Part shown: in pieces, positions 9,728 to 17,837 of the stretch
Layout: every line of letters starts with the position of its first letter
Numbering within the stretch: the stretch's first letter is position 1
DNA from: Wigglesworthia glossinidia endosymbiont of Glossina brevipalpis
GTDB taxonomy: Bacteria; Pseudomonadota; Gammaproteobacteria; Enterobacterales; Enterobacteriaceae
Assembly (NCBI GenBank): GCA_000008885.1
Contig: BA000021.3
Coordinates: forward strand, 420,001 to 452,000
DNA length: 32,000 nucleotides
Direction of reading: 5' to 3'
The notes under the pieces: model-generated
Seen by the model: only the letters and a program-made list of their open reading frames with translations
Told to the model about the DNA's origin: nothing
Databases searched by the model: none
Translations under genes and position numbers: made by a program

Positions 9728-10597
9728 ATGTGTATTTTTCAAAAAAATTTAAATTTAATATCTTTTATTAAAAAGATAATATTCATAATTTGCTACAAAG
9801 AAAATGGAATAATAAATAAAATTTTTCAAATTTTTACAAATCAGCTAATAGAAATAATTACTATATCTACTCATTTGGACAATGAAATCAAGTTATTCTT
9901 TATAAGAATAGAAATAAAAGGTTTTTTTAATGAAAAATATTTATCATTTTGTTTAAATAAAGCACTTCCTTATGGATCTAAAATATTTTTTCAAAATATA
10001 AAAATACCTAAAATAGTAATTATGGTAACAAAAGAATCCCATTGTATAGGTGATTTACTTGTTAAAAAAAAATTTGGAAATCTAAACGTAGAAATTATTG
10101 CAATAATTAGTAATTATAAAATATTAAAATCATTAGCAAAATTATTCGAAATCCCATTTTATCATGTTAGTCATATATCTTTAAGCAGAGAAGATCATAA
10201 TAATAAAATACTTAATATTATTCAAATACTAAAACCTGATTATATTATATTAGCAAAATATATGAGAATACTTACTTCAAGTTTTATTAAAAAATATATT
10301 AACAAAATAATAAATATTCATCATTCAATCTTACCATCTTTTATTGGTGCAAAACCATATTTTAATGCATACCAAAGGGGTGTAAAAATAATTGGAGCTA
10401 CAGCTCATTATGTTAATATTAATTTAGATTCAGGTCCAATAATTTTTCAAGATTCTGCTAACATTGAATATAATTATTCCGTTAATGATATTATTAGTAT
10501 AGGGCGTGAAGTTGAAAAATACGTTCTTAGTAGAGCTTTATATTTAGTTTTTTCTAATAGAGTAATTGTATTTAAAGATCGAGCCATTGTTTTTTAA
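9728..10597 (+). CDS. purU: Formyltetrahydrofolate deformylase
   Basis: The 289-aa ORF has an N-terminal ACT-like region followed by VTKE.HC.GDLL, PDY.ILAKYMRIL, KIINIHHS.LP.FIGAKPY, GVKIIGATAHYV and VEK.VLSRALY. It is collinear with E. coli PurU. Confidence 0.9.
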   Translation: MCIFQKNLNLISFIKKIIFIICYKENGIINKIFQIFTNQLIEIITISTHLDNEIKLFFIRIEIKGFFNEKYLSFCLNKALPYGSKIFFQNIKIPKIVIMVTKESHCIGDLLVKKKFGNLNVEIIAIISNYKILKSLAKLFEIPFYHVSHISLSREDHNNKILNIIQILKPDYIILAKYMRILTSSFIKKYINKIINIHHSILPSFIGAKPYFNAYQRGVKIIGATAHYVNINLDSGPIIFQDSANIEYNYSVNDIISIGREVEKYVLSRALYLVFSNRVIVFKDRAIVF

Positions 10598-10684
10598 ATT
10601 TATAAAAAATAAATTTTTATAAAATAAAATAATTATATAATTAATATAAATAAAAAAATAATTTTAACAGGGTTTATTTATAAA

Positions 10685-11488
10685 ATGAAATTCGTATCTT
10701 TTAATGTTAACGGAATCAGATCTCATTATGATCAAGTTTTATTAATAATAGAGAAAATTAATCCTGAAATAATTAGTCTGCAAGAAACAAAAGTAATAAA
10801 CGAAAGTTTTCCAGAAAAAATATTTTTACAACATGGATATAAATCTTATGTGCATGGACAAAAGCAACATCACGGTGTGGCGTTTTTAACTCGTTTAAAT
10901 ATGAAAAATATTTTTACAGGATTTAAAAATAATTTTTTTAATGAACGATACAGAGTGATTTCATCATATATAAAAACTAAAATTGGTAATGTTTATATAA
11001 TAAATATTTATTCTCCAAATGGAGAATCAAAAAAAAATTTAAAAAAATTTGAAATAAAAAAAATTTTTTATAAAAGTTTGTTTTTGTTTTTAAATAAATT
11101 TTACGAAAAAAACATGCATATATTGATTATGGGAGATATGAATATTAGCCCAGAAGATTTAGATGTTGGATTAAGCTTGACATCTTATAAAAGATGGTTA
11201 AGTATAGGAAAATGTTCTTTTCTTCCAGAAGAACGAGAATGGATAAAAAAAATATTTAAATGGGGATTTGTAGATGTTTTTAGATTTTTAAATCCTGACA
11301 AAAAAAAGTTTTCTTGGTTTGATTATAGAAGCGAAGGATATATAAAAAATGTAGGATTGAGAATAGATCTTTTTTTATCTACTTTTTCTCTTTTAAGCTA
11401 TATCGAAGAATCTGGAATGATATATTCTATTAGATCTATGGATAAAACATCAGACCACGTTCCAATATGGATTAAATTAAATTTTTAA
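10685..11488 (+). CDS. xthA: Exodeoxyribonuclease III
   Basis: The 267-aa ORF begins MKFVSFN.NG.R, identical to E. coli XthA over the first residues. It also shares LQETKV, IMGDMNISP.DLD, GKCSFLPEEREW, FSWFDYRS, GLRIDL and SDH.P. Confidence 0.95.
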   Translation: MKFVSFNVNGIRSHYDQVLLIIEKINPEIISLQETKVINESFPEKIFLQHGYKSYVHGQKQHHGVAFLTRLNMKNIFTGFKNNFFNERYRVISSYIKTKIGNVYIINIYSPNGESKKNLKKFEIKKIFYKSLFLFLNKFYEKNMHILIMGDMNISPEDLDVGLSLTSYKRWLSIGKCSFLPEEREWIKKIFKWGFVDVFRFLNPDKKKFSWFDYRSEGYIKNVGLRIDLFLSTFSLLSYIEESGMIYSIRSMDKTSDHVPIWIKLNF

Positions 11489-11490
11489 CA

Positions 11491-12183
11491 ATGACAGATA
11501 AAACATCTATTAATATAATTATATTAAATACTTATAATGAATTTTACTCAATAGCTTGTATTACAAAAAATAATAGTTTTTTTGAAAAAAAATACCCAAT
11601 AAGTAAAAATAATAAAAATTATATTTTGTTTACTATTGATTATGTGTTGAAAAAATCTAAATTGATTTTCTCTGATATAAATTTAATAACTTTTGGTTTA
11701 GGCTCAGTAAGAACTACAGGATTTAGAATTTGCATTTCTGTAATACAAGGATTAACTTTTTACAAAAAAACTCCAGTTTTAGGAATATCGATTTTTAGAG
11801 CATTGGCTCAAAAATTATGGAGAATTACTAATAAAAAAAATATCATTGTAGTAATTGTAAATAAAAAAAACAGAATTTCTTGGGAAGAATATGAATTCAA
11901 TCAAAACAAAAATTTTTTATTTCTAAAAGACAATAAATACGATTCTAATATACAAAGTTTAATTTATACTTTATCTATATCTAGTAAAAAATTTGCTATT
12001 TCCGTAAGTAATTTTGATATATACGTTTTATTAAAATGTTCTTTAAAAAAATATAATAAAATTTTTTATTATAAAATTTTTGATATATGTATAAAAGATA
12101 TTATATCAATATCATATTATTTTTTTTATAAAAAAAAATATTGTACTTCTGACAAAATTTTATCTTATTATAAAATAATTTAA
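11491..12183 (+). CDS. tsaB: tRNA threonylcarbamoyladenosine (t6A) biosynthesis protein TsaB (YeaZ), divergent
   Basis: The 230-aa ORF matches E. coli YeaZ in length (231 aa). The recognisable core is DINLITFGLGSVRTTGFRICISVIQGL....PVLGIS...ALAQ, against E. coli [46 protein letters not shown]. The rest is heavily diverged and rich in K, N and I. Confidence 0.65.
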   Translation: MTDKTSINIIILNTYNEFYSIACITKNNSFFEKKYPISKNNKNYILFTIDYVLKKSKLIFSDINLITFGLGSVRTTGFRICISVIQGLTFYKKTPVLGISIFRALAQKLWRITNKKNIIVVIVNKKNRISWEEYEFNQNKNFLFLKDNKYDSNIQSLIYTLSISSKKFAISVSNFDIYVLLKCSLKKYNKIFYYKIFDICIKDIISISYYFFYKKKYCTSDKILSYYKII

Positions 12184-12202
12184 TAAAAAATTAAATAATT
12201 TA

Positions 12203-12478
12203 TTATTTTTTATTTAAAAAATTTTTTTCAGGAAAAACTATATTCAGTTCAAAAATTTTAATATTTTTTTTATTTTTATGATCTAATTTTACACATAAAG
12301 TTTCTGAATTTAAATTAATATATTTTTTTATAACTTTTATTAAATCTTTTTTTAGCATAGGAAGATAATTTGGTTCTTTGCTGTTTTTTCTTTGTTCTGA
12401 AACAATTATTTGTAATCGCTCTTTAGCTATATCGGATGTTATTTCTTTTTTAGAAATAAAAAATTTAAGTAATGCCAT
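12203..12478 (-). CDS. minE: Cell division topological specificity factor MinE
   Basis: This is a 91-aa ORF. MALLKFF......[14 protein letters not shown]......YLP.L.KD matches E. coli MinE ([30 protein letters not shown]). Confidence 0.93.
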   Translation of the reverse strand: [91 protein letters not shown]

Positions 12479-13298
12479 GTTTTATTCCATTAAATAAACG
12501 TTTTAACAAACTTATTTTTTTTTCTTTTTTTAAAGATTTAAAGGAACATTTTTCTCCTAATAATCTATGAGAAACTATTTTATATGCTTTTCCTGCTTCT
12601 GAAGAATCATCTAAAACAATAGGTTTTCCTTTATTAGAAGACTTTAAAACTAATTTATCTTCCGGAATTATTCCCAATAAAGGAATTCGTAAAATATCTA
12701 TAACGTCATCTGCACTTAACATATCTCCTTTAATGACTCTTTTTGTATTATATCTTGTTAATAATAAATGTTCTTTTATAGGACTCATATTATTTTCAGA
12801 ACGATAAGATTTAGAAGATAAAATTCCTAAAATTCTATCAGAATCACGAATAGATGATATTTCTGGATTTGTTATTATAATAGCTTCATCAGCAAAATAA
12901 CATGCCATTATTGCTCCATTTTCAATTCCAGCTGGAGAATCGCATATAATAAATTCAAAATTCATTTTTTTCAAATTTTTTAATACTGACTTAACAGAAT
13001 CTATAGTTAATATTTCTTTATTTTTTGTTTGAGATGCTGGTAATATATATAAATTTTCTGTATACTTATCTTTTATCAAGGCTTGATTTATAGAAGCTTC
13101 TCCTTGTATTACATTTACAAAGTCATATATTACTCTTCTCTCGCACCCCATTATTAAATCTAAATTTCTTAATCCTATGTCGAAATCTATTACTACTGTT
13201 TTTTTTTTTAAAATAGCTAATCCTGTTGCTATAGATGCGCTAGAAGTAGTTTTTCCAACCCCTCCTTTTCCTGAGGTTACTACTAAAATTCTAGTCAT
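12465..13298 (-). CDS. minD: Septum site-determining ATPase MinD
   Basis: The 277-aa ORF has the deviant Walker A motif VTSGKGGVGKTT. The stretch VVIDFDIGLRNLDLIMGCERRV.YDFVNVIQG is near-identical to E. coli MinD. The C-terminal amphipathic LLKRLF motif is present. Confidence 0.97.
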   Translation of the reverse strand: MTRILVVTSGKGGVGKTTSSASIATGLAILKKKTVVIDFDIGLRNLDLIMGCERRVIYDFVNVIQGEASINQALIKDKYTENLYILPASQTKNKEILTIDSVKSVLKNLKKMNFEFIICDSPAGIENGAIMACYFADEAIIITNPEISSIRDSDRILGILSSKSYRSENNMSPIKEHLLLTRYNTKRVIKGDMLSADDVIDILRIPLLGIIPEDKLVLKSSNKGKPIVLDDSSEAGKAYKIVSHRLLGEKCSFKSLKKEKKISLLKRLFNGIKHGIT

Positions 13299-13308
13299 AA
13301 ATTTCCCT

Positions 13309-14040
13309 TTATAAACTAAATTTCTGGATAGTTAATATATCATTTTTTATGTAAAATCTTACAGGTTTTCCTAAGTATGAATTTAAAACATTTTCATTTA
13401 TCCAATTTTTTCCTGCTATAGATATAAATTCTGCATATAGCTTGGTACAAAAAATTTGACTTTTAGTATCTTTTGATGCTCCTGCTGAAGCTCTACCTCT
13501 CATAATTCCATATATATGTATGTCTCCATCTGCTATAACTTCTGCTCCTGAATTTACAGTATTCATTATTATTAAGTTTTTTTTCTTTGCATATATAGTT
13601 TGTCCTGATCTAATAGGTTTATCGATAATATAATTATTATTTATTTTTGTTATTTTATTTTTTTTTTCATAAAAAATTTTTTTATTAATTTGTTCTTTAA
13701 AAATTAATAATCCATTTCTTGTTATAATTTTTTCCCATATTTTATTGTTACATCCACTAACACCTATAATGCATAAACCTAAATTTGATAATTTTTTATG
13801 AAAATATTTCCAAAAATATTGATCTTCTTCAGATAAATATTTAATATTAATTATACACGGCATTTTTTTAAAAAAATAAGAAAAATTTTTAATTTTATTT
13901 TTTATAGTTTTATAAATATTTTTTTCTTTTATATCGTATAAATATATAACTAATATATTAAAATTTTTAATTTTAAATTTTAAACAAACTTTATTAAACA
14001 TAAAATACTTATAATTTTGATTTATATCTAATATTATCAA
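13309..14040 (-). CDS. minC: Septum site-determining protein MinC
   Basis: The C-terminal domain (IRSGQ.IYA....LI....V..GAE.IADG.IH.YG.MRGRA.AGAS.D...QIFC..L.AE..SIAG) matches E. coli MinC. The maximal ORF is 243 aa. An internal ATG at 14001 (MFNKVCLKF...) would give 230 aa and aligns better with the 231-aa E. coli protein. Neither start has an SD. Confidence 0.85.
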   Translation of the reverse strand: MIILDINQNYKYFMFNKVCLKFKIKNFNILVIYLYDIKEKNIYKTIKNKIKNFSYFFKKMPCIINIKYLSEEDQYFWKYFHKKLSNLGLCIIGVSGCNNKIWEKIITRNGLLIFKEQINKKIFYEKKNKITKINNNYIIDKPIRSGQTIYAKKKNLIIMNTVNSGAEVIADGDIHIYGIMRGRASAGASKDTKSQIFCTKLYAEFISIAGKNWINENVLNSYLGKPVRFYIKNDILTIQKFSL

Positions 14041-14224
14041 AAAATTTTTATTAGTAGAATTTAATTATAATATAATATTCAATTTTTTTTTATTTAAATT
14101 TATTATATAATTTATCTTAAAATAAGAATTATTAATAATTCAATATATCTTAAAAGAATATTTATTGATAAATTTTTGAAATTTATTAATAAATACTTAA
14201 ATAAACAAAAACGCTTTTAATTAT

Positions 14225-15298
14225 ATGCCAAGAAAAACTACAATCAGAATTAGTTCTAATGCATTAGCTTCAAATTTAAGAACAATAAAAAATTACGCAA
14301 ATAAATCAAAAGTATGGTCCGTTATAAAATCTAATGCTTATGGTCACACCATAAAAGCAGCATTAAAAGGATTAAAAGAAACTTCTGGGTTTGCAGTATT
14401 AGAATTAAATGAAGCTGTATTATTAAGAGAAAATGGATGGAATGGACCAATTTTATTACTTGAAGGATTTTTTGAAGAATCTGATTTACTAGAAATATGT
14501 CAATATAAAATAACTACTGTTATACACAACGATTGGCAATTAAATTACATCAAGCAATATGACATTAAATCTCCTATAGATGTTTATTTAAAGCTTAATA
14601 GCGGAATGAATAGATTAGGTTTTAATGAAAAAGATTTTATTAGAACGTGGTATGATTTGTCTAATTTAAAAAAAATATCTAGCTTGACTTTAATGAGTCA
14701 TTTTTCTTTAGGATTTTCTACAAAAACAGTAAATAAACAAATGAACATAATTAGAAAAATATTCAAAATATTAAATCCTACTTTATGCCTAGCAAATTCA
14801 ACAGCTATTATATTTCATACTTATACTCATAAAGATTGGATTAGGCCAGGAATTATATTATATGGGATTTTACCTAAAGAAAACAAAAAAATATCTAAAA
14901 AATTCAATTTAAAACCAGTTATGACTTTAGAAAGTAGAATAATTTCTATACAAAATATTAAATCTAAAGAATATATAGGGTATGGGAAAAATTATTATTC
15001 TAATAAATCAAATTTAATTGGAATAGTATCATGTGGATATGCAGATGGATATCCATTCAGCGTACCTTTTAGTGGTACTCCTGTTTTTGTAAATGGAACA
15101 CGTACCCAAATTATTGGATCTGTTTGCATGGATATGTTAACGATTGATTTAAATGATTGTCCAAATGCAAAAATTGGATCCAAAGTAGAATTATGGGGTA
15201 ATAATATAAGTATTAATGAAATTTCAAAGCTAGCTAATACAACAAGTTATGAATTAATGTGTAGAATTTCTTCCAGAGTTTTAGTGAAAATAGAATAA
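14225..15298 (+). CDS. dadX: Alanine racemase (DadX-like)
   Basis: The 357-aa ORF has the PLP-lysine motif VWSVIKSNAYGH. It shares RENGWNGPILLLEGFF, LKLNSGMNRLGF, TLMSHF, GYADGYP and SYELMC with E. coli DadX more closely than with Alr (from memory). Adjacency to cvrA matches the E. coli dadX-cvrA arrangement. Confidence 0.88.
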   Translation: MPRKTTIRISSNALASNLRTIKNYANKSKVWSVIKSNAYGHTIKAALKGLKETSGFAVLELNEAVLLRENGWNGPILLLEGFFEESDLLEICQYKITTVIHNDWQLNYIKQYDIKSPIDVYLKLNSGMNRLGFNEKDFIRTWYDLSNLKKISSLTLMSHFSLGFSTKTVNKQMNIIRKIFKILNPTLCLANSTAIIFHTYTHKDWIRPGIILYGILPKENKKISKKFNLKPVMTLESRIISIQNIKSKEYIGYGKNYYSNKSNLIGIVSCGYADGYPFSVPFSGTPVFVNGTRTQIIGSVCMDMLTIDLNDCPNAKIGSKVELWGNNISINEISKLANTTSYELMCRISSRVLVKIE

Positions 15299-15367
15299 AT
15301 TTATTAATTTAATTTTATTTAAAAATAAAAATATGAATTATTTTATTTTTAATTTATCAATATAAAT

Positions 15368-16825
15368 CTATTTATCAAATATTTTTCCTAGTTTTGATAT
15401 ATCTTGCTTTTTTATAAATATAACAATTACATCTCCTGAAAATATTTTTGTTAATGGATTTATTTTTACAAAAATATCCTTTCTAAATAAAGCAACTATA
15501 TAAGAAAATTCAGGTAATTTAATATTATTAATAAACTTACCTGATATTTTACTATTATTTTTTATCTTGTATACTAATTTTTCCCAAGAAGATTCTATCG
15601 ATAAGCTTATTTCAGATCTAGACGTAGGATTAAAAGAACTTGGAGTAGTTACTTTTGTTAATTTGGCTATAAAATTAATAGAAGTTCCTTGTATTAAAAG
15701 AGAGATTAAAACAATAAAAAATGATACATTGAAATATAAACGAGAATTTTCTAAACCAGAAATTATTGGAAAAACAGCTAAAATTATAGGAACGGCTCCT
15801 CTTAATCCCACCCATGATAGAAATATAAATTCTAACTTGTTATATCTTTTATGAAATGGTAACAAACCAAATAAAACTGATAAAGGACGAGCTATAAAAA
15901 TAATCCAAAAAGATAAAATAAAAGCTGGAATTGATATATCTAGAAGGTCGCTTGGAGTGACTAGTAATCCTAATATTAAAAACATACAAATCTGACTTAA
16001 CCAAGTCATTCCATCGAATATTTTTAAAATTTCAAAACGATTTCTTATTGGATGATTTCCTAGCATAAATCCATATAAGTAAATTGAAAGTATTCCACTT
16101 GCATGTAATAAATTTGAAATGCTAAAAGCCATTATTCCTCCGCTAAGAGCTAATAATGGATATAAAGAACTAACTAATACAATGCGATTAATTATTTTAT
16201 ATAATATCCATCCTCCTGTTATTCCTATAATTATCCCAATTCCAAATTCATAAATTAAATTAAAAAAAAACATTAAATCAAAATAAAATTCATTATTTTT
16301 ATTTTGTAAAATAGATATTAATGTAGTTGTCAAAAACATAGACATAGGATCGTTACTACCAGATTCGATTTCCAAAGTAGCATTTACATGCTCTTTTAAA
16401 TTTGTATTTCCTAATAATGAAAAAACTGCAGAAGCATCTGTAGATCCTACTATAGATCCTATTAAAATACCTTCAATAATATTTAAATTAAAAATCCAAG
16501 AAGCAACAATTCCAGTCAGTCCAGATGTTATAATTACCCCTATAGTTGATAGAGATAATGCTGGAAATAAGGCTAATTGAAATGTTTTTCTTTTGGTTTT
16601 TATCCCTCCATCTAGCAAAATAACTGCTAAAGCTAAATTACTTACTGTATAAGCTACAGAATAATCATTGAAATCAATTTTTCCAATTCCGTCAATTCCA
16701 GCTAGCATTCCAATACTTAAAAAAATAAATAATATTGGTATTCCTAGTCTAGATGAAAAAGAGCTCAACAAAATACTACTGATTATTAAAAATGAACCTA
16801 TTATAAAATAATTCATTATATTCAT
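15368..16825 (-). CDS. cvrA: K+/H+ antiporter NhaP2/CvrA (CPA1 family), C-terminally shorter than the E. coli protein
   Basis: The 485-aa ORF is collinear with E. coli CvrA/YcgO from the N-terminus (ILLSSFSSRLGIPIL, LEIESGSNDPM, YPLLALSGG, SWVGLRGAVPIILAVFP). The match runs through the RCK_C-like region ending LGKIF. The ~90 residues that follow in E. coli (about 578 aa as recalled) are absent. Confidence 0.88.
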   Translation of the reverse strand: MNIMNYFIIGSFLIISSILLSSFSSRLGIPILFIFLSIGMLAGIDGIGKIDFNDYSVAYTVSNLALAVILLDGGIKTKRKTFQLALFPALSLSTIGVIITSGLTGIVASWIFNLNIIEGILIGSIVGSTDASAVFSLLGNTNLKEHVNATLEIESGSNDPMSMFLTTTLISILQNKNNEFYFDLMFFFNLIYEFGIGIIIGITGGWILYKIINRIVLVSSLYPLLALSGGIMAFSISNLLHASGILSIYLYGFMLGNHPIRNRFEILKIFDGMTWLSQICMFLILGLLVTPSDLLDISIPAFILSFWIIFIARPLSVLFGLLPFHKRYNKLEFIFLSWVGLRGAVPIILAVFPIISGLENSRLYFNVSFFIVLISLLIQGTSINFIAKLTKVTTPSSFNPTSRSEISLSIESSWEKLVYKIKNNSKISGKFINNIKLPEFSYIVALFRKDIFVKINPLTKIFSGDVIVIFIKKQDISKLGKIFDK

Positions 16826-16883
16826 ATAATATGTTTATATACATTTAATTTTTAAATTTAATTTATAAAAAATATAATTTACC

Positions 16884-17837
16884 TTAATTATATCCATAAC
16901 TCATTAATTTTTTATATCTATTGTTTAATAAATCCGAAGTTGTAAATTTATCTAATTCTTTAAGATCTTTTAAAATTCTATTTTTTAAATTAGAAGTAAT
17001 AATTTTTATATTTCTATGCGCTCCACCTAATGGTTCAGGTATTATGTTATCAATTAAATTTAATTCTTTTAATCTAGTTGCAATAATACCCATTTCTTCT
17101 GCAGCTATTGGAGCTTTATCTACATTTTTCCATAAAATCGCAGCGCATCCTTCTGGAGAAATAACAGAATATATGCTATACTGCATCATATTTATTTTAT
17201 CTCCTACGCCAATCGCTAAAGCTCCGCCAGAACCGCCTTCCCCTATTACAGTGCAAATAATAGGAATTTTTAACATAGACATTTCTCTTAAATTAGTCGC
17301 AATAGCTGAAGCTTGGCCTCTTTCCTCTGCCTCTATTCCCGGGTAAGCTCCAGGTGTATCTATAAGAGTTATTAATGGCATATTGAATCTATCTGCTATT
17401 TTCATTAATCTTAATGCTTTTCTATATCCTTCTGGTGTTGGCATTCCGAAATTTCTAAAAATTTTTTCTTTTGTTTCTCTTCCTTTTTGATGTCCTAATA
17501 TCATAACTGGTCTTGAATTTAAACGAGCAATTCCTCCTATGATAGATTTGTCATCTCCATATAATCTATCTCCAGATAGTTCGTCAAAATCTGTAAAAAT
17601 ATTTTTTATATAATCTAAAGCATAAGGTCTCATAGGATGTCTTGCTATTTTAGTTATTTGCCATGCATTAAGATTAGAAAATATTTTTTTAGTAAGATCC
17701 TCACTTTTTTTGCGCAAACAATTTATTTCTTTATTTATGTTAAGAGTTTTATCTCTTTGACTTAATTCTACTAAGGAATTTATTTTAGATTCTAAATCAG
17801 CAATAGGTTGTTCAAAATCAAGAAAAGTTAGATTCAT
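16884..17837 (-). CDS. accA: Acetyl-CoA carboxylase carboxyltransferase alpha subunit
   Basis: The 317-aa ORF contains [50 protein letters not shown] and [18 protein letters not shown], and ends LMSYGY. It is near-identical in layout to E. coli AccA. Confidence 0.97.
   Translation of the reverse strand: MNLTFLDFEQPIADLESKINSLVELSQRDKTLNINKEINCLRKKSEDLTKKIFSNLNAWQITKIARHPMRPYALDYIKNIFTDFDELSGDRLYGDDKSIIGGIARLNSRPVMILGHQKGRETKEKIFRNFGMPTPEGYRKALRLMKIADRFNMPLITLIDTPGAYPGIEAEERGQASAIATNLREMSMLKIPIICTVIGEGGSGGALAIGVGDKINMMQYSIYSVISPEGCAAILWKNVDKAPIAAEEMGIIATRLKELNLIDNIIPEPLGGAHRNIKIITSNLKNRILKDLKELDKFTTSDLLNNRYKKLMSYGYN

Noticed and set aside
16921-17346. 141-aa ORF on the + strand
   Set aside because: It is antisense to the most conserved part of accA. 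The relatively G/C-containing sense codons there simply remove antisense stops.
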